This document shows, piece by piece, positions 30,850 to 41,931 of a stretch of 64,000 nt of DNA. The first letter of the stretch is position 1; every line of letters starts with the position of its first letter. The notes under the pieces are model-generated. The model searched no databases. It was not told where the DNA came from and worked only from the letters and a program-made list of their open reading frames with translations. The position numbers and the translations under genes are program-made. The stretch lies in contig JAWSUI010000002.1 of NCBI GenBank assembly GCA_033551855.1, forward strand, positions 4,783 to 68,782, given 5' to 3'. Source of the stretch: Deferrisomatales bacterium. Its GTDB lineage: Bacteria > Desulfobacterota > Deferrisomatia > Deferrisomatales > JACRMM01.

Positions 30850-31734
30850 GTGACGGAGCTCTCGTCCTGGCCCACCATTGCGGCACACTGGCGCCGTCGT
30901 TTCGGCGAGCAGGTGCACCGGGTTGCCCTCGACCCAGGGCTTTCCTGCCCCAACCGGGACGGGACCCGAGGAACCGGCGGGTGCGCTTTCTGCGACCCGT
31001 CTTCCTTCTCCCCCTGTGCGGGGGATCCAAGGCCGGTGGCCGTCCAGCTCGCGACCGGGCTCGAGAGGCTGCGCCTGCGCGGGGTGGGGAAGGCGGCGGC
31101 CTATTTCCAGCCCCACACGAACACCTATGCACCGGTCCCGGTGTTGTCCGGTCTTTGGGACGCCGTGTTGCCCTTCCCCGAGGTCGTGGCACTCTGCGTG
31201 GGGACTCGTCCGGACTGCGTGCCGGACCCGGTGCTGGACCTCCTGGCCCGCTACCGGGAGCGATGGGAGGTCTGGCTGGAGCTCGGGCTCCAGAGTGCCC
31301 GCGACGAAACCCTCGCCCGGCTGGACCGGGGGCACACGGCCGAGCAGTTCGCGGATGCCTGCGCGCGGGCGAGGCGCCGGGGGATCCGCGTCTGTGCCCA
31401 CGTGATCCTGGGGCTCCCCGGGGAGGGGCCGGAGGACGAGAGCCACACCGCGGCGTTCCTCGCAAGGACGGGGATCGACGGGGTGAAGGTGCACCACTTG
31501 GCGGTCGTTCGGGGGACCCGCCTCGAGAGCGCTTGGCGGTCCGGGGCGTTGGAGCTTCTCGGGGAGGAGGTCTACGCGGCCCGGGCGGCCGGCTTCGTCC
31601 GTCGGCTGCCGCCGGGCACGGTGCTCCACCGCCTGGTCGGGGACACGGCGGGAGACCGGCTTCTCGCCCCTCGGTACCACAAGGCCCGGGTACTGCGGAG
31701 GATCCGGGAGGCACTGGGGTCGGACGCGGGATGA
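30850..31734 (+). CDS. TIGR01212-family radical SAM protein (YhcC-like)
   Basis: CPNRDGTRGTGGCAFCD cluster motif and an overall YhcC-like layout. Confidence 0.85.
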   Translation: MTELSSWPTIAAHWRRRFGEQVHRVALDPGLSCPNRDGTRGTGGCAFCDPSSFSPCAGDPRPVAVQLATGLERLRLRGVGKAAAYFQPHTNTYAPVPVLSGLWDAVLPFPEVVALCVGTRPDCVPDPVLDLLARYRERWEVWLELGLQSARDETLARLDRGHTAEQFADACARARRRGIRVCAHVILGLPGEGPEDESHTAAFLARTGIDGVKVHHLAVVRGTRLESAWRSGALELLGEEVYAARAAGFVRRLPPGTVLHRLVGDTAGDRLLAPRYHKARVLRRIREALGSDAG

Positions 31735-31902
31735 GTTGCCCATGACCTTTGGGTCACCCCGAGGGATGAAACGCCGACGGGTCGCGGGCCGGTCGCCCTC
31801 ACCCCAGCCCCCTCGCCCTGGGGGAGAGGGGATTCAAGGAAGGTGGTTTTCCTTGTCGGGCGGACCCGGGAGGGGCGTGTCCCGGCAATCCGGCTCAGGT
31901 CT

Positions 31903-32337
31903 TCAGAGGCAGAGCAGCTCTCTGGTGCTTTCCGGCCGCCGGCAGGGAATGCCCATATCGCTCAGGAGCTTGGCCAAGCGCCCGTCCAACGTCACCACGG
32001 TGCAGCCGTGACGCCGGGCCAGCGAGGCATACAGGAGGTCATGAACGGGGTGATTCCTCGAGATGGCTTCCGCGAGAGCCTCTTCGGCCAGCTCGTGGTC
32101 GGGCACCGCGCGGTCATACAGCCCGAACGAAGTTTCCAGCAACGAAACGGCTTCCTCGGCGGACAGGTCACCTGCCCGCACGTATTTCCGCAGGGCGTTC
32201 GCCACCTCGGAATGGAAGAGCTCCGGGACGAGCACCACCAGGCACTCGTCCAGCAGGTCCACAACCGAGGACGCGCGGCGTCCCGGCAGAACCACCTCGA
32301 CGGCGGCCGAAGCGTCCAGTACGGCCCTCCGTATCAC
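31903..32337 (-). CDS. vapC: PIN-domain ribonuclease toxin VapC
   Basis: 144 aa with N-terminal acidic VLDAS and conserved later acidic residues. GTGA overlap with the upstream antitoxin gene. Confidence 0.8.
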   Translation of the reverse strand: MIRRAVLDASAAVEVVLPGRRASSVVDLLDECLVVLVPELFHSEVANALRKYVRAGDLSAEEAVSLLETSFGLYDRAVPDHELAEEALAEAISRNHPVHDLLYASLARRHGCTVVTLDGRLAKLLSDMGIPCRRPESTRELLCL

Positions 32338-32579
32338 CGGTCCCGATCCTCGCGCACGAGGTCCTCCGGCAGAGCGGAGACTCGGCGAGTCTCCGCCGCC
32401 GACAGGCGGCTTCGGATGTCCGCCAGGAGCTTCCTGCGCCGCTCGACCGCCTGAAGGTCCGGGATCCGGCGCAGCTCCACGACCGCCTGCTGCGCCAGGC
32501 TCCGGTTCTCGCTGCGGGCGCGAAGGGAAAGGGCCTCGTACACGTCTTCCGGCAGGTCGCGGATTTGAAGAGACGGCAT
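32334..32579 (-). CDS. vapB: RHH-type antitoxin (VapB/FitA-like)
   Basis: 81 aa. MPSLQIRDLPEDVYEALSLRARSENRSLAQQAV is a typical Arc/MetJ ribbon-helix-helix N-terminus. ORF 32334-33692 trimmed to ATG 32579 with GGAGG upstream. Confidence 0.8.
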   Translation of the reverse strand: MPSLQIRDLPEDVYEALSLRARSENRSLAQQAVVELRRIPDLQAVERRRKLLADIRSRLSAAETRRVSALPEDLVREDRDR

Positions 32580-32612
32580 GGCGGGTCCTCCAGCGAGCAG
32601 TAGACTTGGTTC

Positions 32613-32641
32613 ACCATAGCGCATGCAGATTGCATGCGCAA
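32613..32641 (-). promoter_or_regulatory. vapBC promoter candidate with embedded perfect palindrome (operator candidate)
   Basis: Minus strand reads TTGCGC (32641-32636), a 17-nt spacer, then TATGGT (32618-32613). The palindrome GCGCATGCA-gat-TGCATGCGC at 32619-32639 fills the spacer. Confidence 0.45.
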
Positions 32642-33038
32642 CAGACGATCTTGTCGGGAACAGGCGGTTCAAGCTCCCCGTGGCGGTGACGCATGTGGCA
32701 GGGCTTCTCCCCAGCCCTCCGCCTGCGAGCCTTGCCCATCTGATGGCGGGCAAGGGGATCCTCCTGCGCTGAGGGCGACGGCCTCGGCGGCAAACTTTCA
32801 CCCCCAGTCCATTCCGCGTTCGCTCCCAGTCCGCTTCGGCCCGGACGTTCTCTGCAAACTCGGGCAGTTGCGCAACTTCACTTGCCCGTTTCTTCCCCGT
32901 TTGTCCCCGATGACTCCGATGGAGTTCGTCTCGGCGGGGAAGCTCCGTTCGGCGTTTCGAGCGGCGGACCTTGAGGTATCCTGTTCTTCGGAGCAGAGTC
33001 GTCTTCCTGCCGCCGGCAACCACGACCCGGAGCCAGCC

Positions 33039-34322
33039 ATGCCTGCCCACCTCGTCTCTCTCTTCTTCCTTCTCGCCGCGACGTTGCCTGTTGCCGGCTG
33101 CAGTCGGGACTCCGGCCAGAGGGAGCGCTCGCCGCCGCAGCGCATCGCCGAGCTGCCGCGCGCGCTCAGCGTTGCCGAGCACGAGGTGGTCGCCCGCTCG
33201 AACGAGCTCGCGTTCGACCTGCTGCGGGAGACCTACGCCCGCGAGACCGAGAGGCCCAACGTGTTCCTCTCGCCGCTGAGCGCCTCCATGGCATTGGGCA
33301 TGGCGCTGAACGGGGCTGCGGGCGAGACGTTCGAGGCGATGCGGGCGACGTTGCGGTTCGAGGGGCTCACCCAGGAGGAGATCAACGTCGCCTACCGGGA
33401 CCTCGTGGAGCTTCTGCTCGGCCTGGACCCCGGGGTCGAGCTGCTCATCGCCAACGCCGCCTGGGCGCGGCAGGGCTGGCCCTTCGTGCCCGAGTTCTTC
33501 GCGACGATCGAGACCTGGTTCGACGCGCGGGCGCGGGAGCTCGAGTTCGACGAGCCGGCCGCCCTCGACGCGATCAACCGGTGGGCGGACGAGCAGACGG
33601 GGGGGCGGATACCGAAGGTGCTCGACGAGATCGGGCCCGAGCACGTCCTCTTCCTGCTGAACGCGGTCTCCTTCCGGGGGGACTGGACCCACCGCTTCGA
33701 GCGGAGCCGGACGCGGCCGGGGCCTTTCACCCTAGCCGACGGGACGCAGGTGGAGGTCCAGCGCATGAGCGGCACGCTCGGGGCGGGGGTGCGCCAGGTG
33801 CAGGGCGGCGTGCAGATCGGCGAGCTCCCGTACGGCGGCCAGGCGTTCGTCATGACCCTCGCGCTTCCGCCGCCGGGCGGCAGCCTGGCCGCGTTGGTCG
33901 CCGGCCTCGACGCCGGGACCTGGTCGCGCTGGACCGAGGGTTTGCCGGAGGACTACGCGGCGGCCGAGATCGAGGTCGGCCTGCCGAAGCTCGAGCTGAG
34001 CTACGAGAGGGTCCTCAACGACGTGCTCACCGCCCTCGGCATGGGCGTCGCCTTCGACGAGAACCTGGCCGACTTCTCCCGCCTCCTCGACCTGGCGCCG
34101 CCGCTCAACGCCTACCTCGACTTCGTCAAGCAGAACACCTACCTGCGCGTGGACGAGGAGGGGACGCAGGCGGCGGCGGTGACGACTGTGGGGGTCGGCG
34201 TCACGTCGGCGCCGCCCTCCTTCGTCGTGGATCGGCCCTACCTGCTCGTAATCCGCGAGCGCTTGAGCGGGACGATCCTGTTCCTGGGGGCGATCGGGGA
34301 TCCGCGGGACGGCGGCGGGTAG
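33039..34322 (+). CDS. Serpin-family protease inhibitor, predicted lipoprotein
   Basis: ORF 32634 trimmed to ATG 33039. Signal peptide with lipobox LPVAGC. Serpin core with the inhibitory-type hinge EEGTQAAAVT and the C-terminal FVVDRPYLLVIRE motif. Confidence 0.85.
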   Translation: MPAHLVSLFFLLAATLPVAGCSRDSGQRERSPPQRIAELPRALSVAEHEVVARSNELAFDLLRETYARETERPNVFLSPLSASMALGMALNGAAGETFEAMRATLRFEGLTQEEINVAYRDLVELLLGLDPGVELLIANAAWARQGWPFVPEFFATIETWFDARARELEFDEPAALDAINRWADEQTGGRIPKVLDEIGPEHVLFLLNAVSFRGDWTHRFERSRTRPGPFTLADGTQVEVQRMSGTLGAGVRQVQGGVQIGELPYGGQAFVMTLALPPPGGSLAALVAGLDAGTWSRWTEGLPEDYAAAEIEVGLPKLELSYERVLNDVLTALGMGVAFDENLADFSRLLDLAPPLNAYLDFVKQNTYLRVDEEGTQAAAVTTVGVGVTSAPPSFVVDRPYLLVIRERLSGTILFLGAIGDPRDGGG

Positions 34323-34753
34323 GGGGGGCGCACCGACGGCGTCTCTGCCGTCGCAAGAGGACGTCACGTAAGTGAAATGGGGCAGTTGTCGAGCCGGCGC
34401 TGATAGTACGGAAAGGGGTCCGCTTCTGTTTGAGTTTCGGGGTCGGCGCGTCGGGGTCTGCCGCCGTGCCGTGGCGGCGTCGGGGAAGCCCGCCGGGGAC
34501 GGACCCTCGCCTCGGCTCCCGCCCCGCGGCGCCGGCCTTCGAGGCTGGGGGGCCGCGGAGGGCCGTTGTGGCCCCCGCCCCGGTTCGCCTTGGGGCGCCG
34601 TCCGTGGTAGCCTTCGAGGTCGTGCCGATCGGGTGCGGCTAGGGGGAGCGGGCGAGGGCAGGGGCGCCCGTGCAGCGCTGGGCGCAAGAAAGGCCGGAAA
34701 CCCTGATATCTCGCGGGTCGCCGGCCTCTCTCGCACTTCCCTGGATGGGTAAA

Positions 34754-34830
34754 TGGTGGGCGAGGCGGGATTCGAACCCACGGCCTCAGGTTCCGGAGAC
34801 CTGCGCTCTATCCAGCTGAGCTACTCGCCC
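34754..34830 (-). tRNA. tRNA-Arg (anticodon CCG), CCA encoded
   Basis: Reverse complement is GGGCGAGTAGCTCAGCTGGATAGAGCGCAGGTCTCCGGAACCTGAGGCCGTGGGTTCGAATCCCGCCTCGCCCACCA. It has a 7-bp acceptor stem, a CAGGT/ACCTG anticodon stem with loop CTCCGGA, and a GGTTCGAATCC T-arm. Confidence 0.95.
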
Positions 34831-34852
34831 GAAGAGGGGCGCAAGTTAATCA

Positions 34853-34884
34853 CAGGGGCCGCGCGAATGCAAGCGCGGCCCCTG
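34853..34884. other. 12-bp-stem hairpin/palindrome between the tRNA-Arg 5' end and the asmA start
   Basis: CAGGGGCCGCGC-gaatgcaa-GCGCGGCCCCTG is a perfect stem. The loop contains TTGCAT on the minus strand, which could serve as the -35 of the tRNA promoter. Confidence 0.6.
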
Positions 34885-34906
34885 GGGCGGGCGAAGGGAG
34901 ACCGCG

Positions 34907-36908
34907 ATGAAGCGACCGGTGAAGATCCTCGCGTGGGGGCTGGGGGCGGTGGTCCTCCTGCTCGCCCTCGCCGCTGTGGGTCTCAAGCTCTATTTCACGA
35001 AGGAGCGGATCCTGACGTGGGTAGTCCCGCGGCTGGAGGCGGAGCTCGACCGGAAGGTCAGCATCGCCGACGCCGGGGCCGGCCTGACCGGGGTTCGCCT
35101 CGAAGGCCTGGACGTGCGCTCGGAGGGGGCGGCCGAGCCCTTCCTCGCGGCCGGCCTGATCCGGGTCCGTTGGAACCTCTGGGCCCTGCTGCGGGGGACC
35201 GTGCAGGTGGACGAGGTGCGCCTCGTGGACCCGCGGATCCGAGTGGTTCGCCTGGCCGACGGGACGCTGGACATCGACGACCTGCTGGGCTCGGGGGACG
35301 CCGCGCCGGAGGAGGCGCCGGCCGCCCCTCCCGAGGAGAGGGCGCGGGCCGGGGAGCGGCTGGGCCTCGTGGTCGCCCTCTTCTCCTTGGAGAACGGCCG
35401 GGTCACCTTCGAGGACCAAAGCCGGGCCCCCCCCCGGGGCCTACGTGCTGGACGCCATCGACTCGCGGGTCTCCGACTTCGCCCTGGACCGGCCCGTACC
35501 CTTTGCGCTCTCGGCGCGGCTGCCCCTGGCCGAGGCCGGCCGCTTCTCGGCGGAGGGCACCGTGCACGCCGCCGCCGGCGACGCAAAGGCGAAGGTGCGG
35601 GTGGCCGACTTCGACCTCCCGTCCCTGAACCCCCTGCTGGAGGGCGACCTCCGGTTCGACGCCGGGAGTTTCGGTCTGGACTTGGACGTGGAGTTGACCC
35701 GTGGCGAGCAGGTGGCGGTGCGCGGCACCGCGGGGGCGAGGAGGCTCATCCTGGGGTCGGGCTCCCAGACCGGGGAGAGCGCCGACATCTCGCTCCAGCT
35801 CGACGCCGGGGCGGACCTTTCGGAGGGCACGGCCGAGGTGCGGCGATTCGAGCTCCAGGCGGCCGGCCAGAGGCTTGAGGCCGAGGCCCGGGTTCGGGGA
35901 CTGCAGGCCCGGCCCCGGATCGATTTCCGATTGTCCTCCGACGAGCTTCGCGTCGATCCGCTGACGGCCCTTCTCCCCGCGGGGGATGCCGCCCCCGCCG
36001 CCCCGCCGGCGGGGGAGACGCCCCCGTCTGCGCCCTCCCCGACCTCCATTCCGCTCGACGCTTTCGGGGACGTGGCGGTCGGGCGACTCTCGGCGGGCGG
36101 CGCCGTGGTCGAGGACTTCCAGGCCCGCGTCGAGTTGGACAAGGGGGTGCTGCGGGTGGAGCCCGCGGCGGCGAACCTCTATGGAGGAACCCTCAAGCTC
36201 CGCTCTCGGGCCGAGCTGGAGAAGGCGGGGCCTCCCTTCGATGCCGGCCTCGAGCTCGCCGGAACCCAGCTCTCGTCGGTCCTGGCCGCCTTTCGGCCGG
36301 CGCTTCGGGACACGGCCAGCGGCACCCTGGACCTGACCCTCGAGGCCCGGGGCTCGGGGGGTGACGTCGGGGCGCTGCGCTCCCAGCTCAAGGCCGAGGC
36401 GAAGGACGGGAGGATCCTGAACCATCCTCTGGCCGCGAATCTCGCCGCGCTCTTCCAGGTCAAGGAGCTCGAGTCCCTGAACTTCTACAACCTTCGGGCC
36501 GACGTCGAGACGGCGGAGGGGGTCGGGCAGGTAAGGTCCGTCGTGTTCCGGGGGCCCAACCTCCAAGCCACGGCTACCGGCACCCTCGGCCTGGCCGACG
36601 GCGCCCTGGACCTGCGCCTGGCCGTGGCTCTGCCCCAGGAGCTCGCGGCGCGGCTCGTGCGGGAGCCGACCACCCTCCAAGCCGTCACCGACGCCGACGG
36701 CTGGTCCCGGCTTCCGCTGCGGCTTCGCGGCACGCTGGAGTCTCCGTCGTACGGCCTCGATGCGGAAGGGCTCCGGGACGCGGCGGCCAAGGCCCTCGGG
36801 GACAAGGCCCAGCAGGTCCTGGAGGAGAAGGTGCTCGAACGGCTTCCCGTCGGGGAGCAGGAGAGGGAGCAGATCCAGGAGGGGCTGCGCAGACTCCTGG
36901 GGCGGTAG
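34907..36908 (+). pseudogene. asmA: AsmA-family outer-membrane biogenesis protein gene interrupted by a frameshift in a C9 tract (or a homopolymer sequencing error)
   Basis: The N-terminal part (34907 frame) carries a signal/TM segment and the AsmA-like ...GRVTFEDQSRAPP. The C-terminal part continues in another frame (ORF 35445-36908, YVLDAIDSRVSDFAL...). Removing one C from 35427-35435 gives the continuous FEDQSRAPPGAYVLDAID. Confidence 0.75.
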
Positions 36909-36995
36909 GCGGAGCCTGAAGGCCCCGACCGCCGGCGGAAAGGCCCGCGGGCCGTGCCGGCGATGCCGGGCCGCCGCTCGCAAACGGGTTTGGTG

Positions 36996-37025
36996 TTGAC
37001 ACCTCTTGGCGCGGTTGACTATCAT
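36996..37025 (+). promoter_or_regulatory. Sigma70-like promoter candidate for the rplU-rpmA-obg operon
   Basis: Consensus TTGACA at 36996-37001, an 18-nt spacer, and TATCAT at 37020-37025. It lies ~50 nt upstream of the rplU ATG. Confidence 0.5.
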
Positions 37026-37077
37026 CCCGTTTTCCCTGGATCCCGGCAGCCCCCCAGGGGGCCTTTCTGGAGGACCC

Positions 37078-37389
37078 ATGTACGCAGTGGTAAAGACGGG
37101 AGGGAAGCAGTACAAGGTGGGCGAGGGCACCTTCTTCAAGGTGGAGAAGTGCCCCGGGGCCGTGGGCGAGGAGATCGTCTTCGACCAGGTGCTGCTCCTC
37201 TCGAGGGACGGCGAGGTGACCCTCGGCCGGCCCGTGGTGGAGGGGGCCCGGGTGAGGGGCACCATCGTGGAGCAGGCCCGCGAGAAGAAGATCATCGTCT
37301 TCAAGATGAAGCGGCGCAAGGGGTACCGCCGCAAGCAGGGCCACCGACAGTACTACACCGGCGTCAAGGTCAGCGCCATCGAGGCCTGA
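37078..37389 (+). CDS. rplU: 50S ribosomal protein L21
   Basis: [14 protein letters not shown] at the N-terminus. ORF 37006 trimmed to ATG 37078. Confidence 0.95.
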   Translation: MYAVVKTGGKQYKVGEGTFFKVEKCPGAVGEEIVFDQVLLLSRDGEVTLGRPVVEGARVRGTIVEQAREKKIIVFKMKRRKGYRRKQGHRQYYTGVKVSAIEA

Positions 37390-37408
37390 GGGGCGAGGAG
37401 AGCGATCC

Positions 37409-37681
37409 ATGGCTCACAAGAAGGCGGGCGGCAGCTCCCGGAACGGCCGCGACAGCCGCGGCCAGCGCAGGGGCGTGAAGCGGTTCGGGGGCCAGGCCGT
37501 CAGAGCCGGCAACATCCTGGTCCGGCAGCTCGGCACGAAGATCCATCCGGGGAGCAACGTGGGGGTCGGCAAGGACTTTACCCTCTTCGCCCTGGTGGAC
37601 GGAGTCGTTCGCTACGAGACCCGGGGCCGCGCGCGCAAGACGGTGGCCAGCGTGGTCCCCGCAGAGGAGGGTGCTGCTTAG
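37409..37681 (+). CDS. rpmA: 50S ribosomal protein L27
   Basis: [16 protein letters not shown] is the canonical N-terminus. Confidence 0.97.
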   Translation: MAHKKAGGSSRNGRDSRGQRRGVKRFGGQAVRAGNILVRQLGTKIHPGSNVGVGKDFTLFALVDGVVRYETRGRARKTVASVVPAEEGAA

Positions 37682-40012
<2,331 letters not shown>

Positions 40013-40016
<4 letters not shown>

Positions 40017-41269
40017 GCCTGCGAGACGAGTTGGTCGCCATGGCGCAGCGCGCCCGCGGCGCGAGCCGCGCGTTGGCGCGGCTCCCGAGCGCGGCGAAAG
40101 ACCGGGCCCTGGTGGCCATGGCCGACGGCCTCGAGAGGGCCCGGGACGAGCTCCAGGAGGCGAATCGCCAGGATCTGGCTGCCGCGCGGGAGGCCGGCCT
40201 CAGCGCTGCCATGCTGGATCGCCTCACTCTGACCGACGGGGTGCTCGCCTCTATGGCGCAGGGACTCCGGGAGGTGGCGGCCCAGCCAGACCCCGTGGGC
40301 GAAGTCGTGCGCATGTGGAAACGCCCCAACGGCCTCTTGGTCGGCAAGAAGCGCATTCCCCTGGGGGTGATCGGGATCGTCTACGAGTCGCGCCCCAATG
40401 TCACGGCCGACGCCGCGGCCCTGTGCCTGAAGGCGGGAAACGCCGTGATCCTGCGGGGAGGGAGCGAGGCCCTCCACTCCAACCGGGCGCTCGGGAGGGC
40501 GCTCGGACGGGCCCTGACAGAGGCGGGGATTCCCGACGGGGCGCTCCAAGTGGTGGGGGTGGCGGACCGGGAGGCGGTGCTCGAGCTTCTCCAGCTCGAA
40601 GAGCTCATCGATCTGATCATCCCGCGCGGCGGGGAAGGCCTGATCCGGTTCGTCTCGGCCAACAGCCGCATCCCGGTGATCAAGCACTACAAGGGAGTCT
40701 GCCACGTCTTCGTGGACGCCTCGGCCGACCTGGAGATGGCCCAGGCGATCGTGCTCAACGCCAAGACCCAGAGGCCCGGGGTGTGCAACGCCCTGGAGAC
40801 GCTCCTGGTCCACCGGGAGGCGGCCGCCGTGTTTCTGCCGCGGCTCGGGGTGGCCCTCGCGGCCGCCGGCGTGGAGGTGCGCGGCTGTCCAGAGACCTGT
40901 CGGCTCCTGCCGGGCGCCCTGGAGGCTGCCGACAGCGACTGGGGGACGGAGTTCCTGGAGCTCATTTTGGCCATCCGGGTCGTGGACTCCCTGGACCAGG
41001 CGATCGAGCACATCGAGGCCCACGGGAGCCTGCACACCGAGGCCATCGTCACGAGGGACTACGCCAACGCCCAACGCTTCCTCGAGGACGTGAACTCCTC
41101 GGTGGTGGCGGTCAACGCGTCCACCCGGTTCAGCGACGGGCAGCAGCTGGGGCTGGGGGCCGAGATCGGGATCTCGACCACCAAGATCCACAGCTTCGGC
41201 CCCATGGGGGCACAGGATCTCACCACCACGAAGTTCATCGTGTACGGCCAGGGCCAGGTCCGGGACTAG
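40013..41269 (+). CDS. proA: Gamma-glutamyl phosphate reductase
   Basis: ATGA overlap with proB. Aldehyde dehydrogenase-like with the catalytic region [11 protein letters not shown]. Confidence 0.93.
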
Positions 41270-41274
41270 CCGCT

Positions 41275-41931
41275 TTGGAGCTCGGGGTCTTCGGCGGCAC
41301 CTTCAACCCGGTCCACCTGGGGCACCTGCGGGCGGCGGAGGAGGCCCGGGAGGCCCTGGGGCTCGAGAGGGTGGTGTTCGTCCCGGCGAAGATCCCCCCC
41401 CACAAGGAGGCGCGGGCCGTGGCGCCGTCGGACGTGCGCCTGGACCTGGTGCGGCGGGCCGTCGGGGACAACCCCGCCTTCGATGTCTCGGAGCTCGAGC
41501 TCCGCAGGGACGGGCCGAGCTACTCGGTGGACACCCTGCGGGAGCTCCGGGCCGGGCTCGGCCCCGGCGATCGCCTTTGGTTCCTCGTCGGCTCGGACGC
41601 GTACCGGGAGATCCACACCTGGTCCCGATATGCCGAGCTCTTTGCCCTGGCGGACGTGGGGGTGCTGAGCCGTCCGCCGGGTGAGCTCCGGGCCGCCCCG
41701 CCGGCCCGCCTGGAAGGCGACTTCACCTTCGAGGGGTGCGTGCTGCGGCACCGCTCGGGCCGGGAGGTGCGCTTCGTGCCGGTGACCCTCCTGGACATCT
41801 CGGCAACGGCCGTCCGCCAGGCGCTGGCCCGGGGCGGCTCGGTACGCTACCTGGTTCCCGAGGCGGTGCGCGAGGATCTCGAGCGGCTCGCCCGGGGGCA
41901 CCCCCTCTGGTTCTCAGGGAGCACGGCATGA
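41275..41931 (+). CDS. nadD: Nicotinate-nucleotide adenylyltransferase
   Basis: GVFGGTFNPVHLGH ((T/H)xGH motif). TTG 41275 is the first plausible start after the proA stop. Confidence 0.88.
   Translation: MELGVFGGTFNPVHLGHLRAAEEAREALGLERVVFVPAKIPPHKEARAVAPSDVRLDLVRRAVGDNPAFDVSELELRRDGPSYSVDTLRELRAGLGPGDRLWFLVGSDAYREIHTWSRYAELFALADVGVLSRPPGELRAAPPARLEGDFTFEGCVLRHRSGREVRFVPVTLLDISATAVRQALARGGSVRYLVPEAVREDLERLARGHPLWFSGSTA

Noticed and set aside
34334-34353. Terminator after the serpin gene (CGACGGC-gtctct-GCCGTCG).
   Set aside because: It is a 7-bp stem without a following T-tract, so it is too weak to annotate as a Rho-independent terminator. It may still contribute to 3' end formation.
26781-34830. 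Integrated genomic island or prophage at tRNA-Arg.
   Set aside because: There is no integrase, recombinase, transposase or phage gene. I could not find a direct repeat of the tRNA 3' end (ggcgggattcgaaccc) elsewhere in the window. The region is kept only as an 'accessory-looking patch'.
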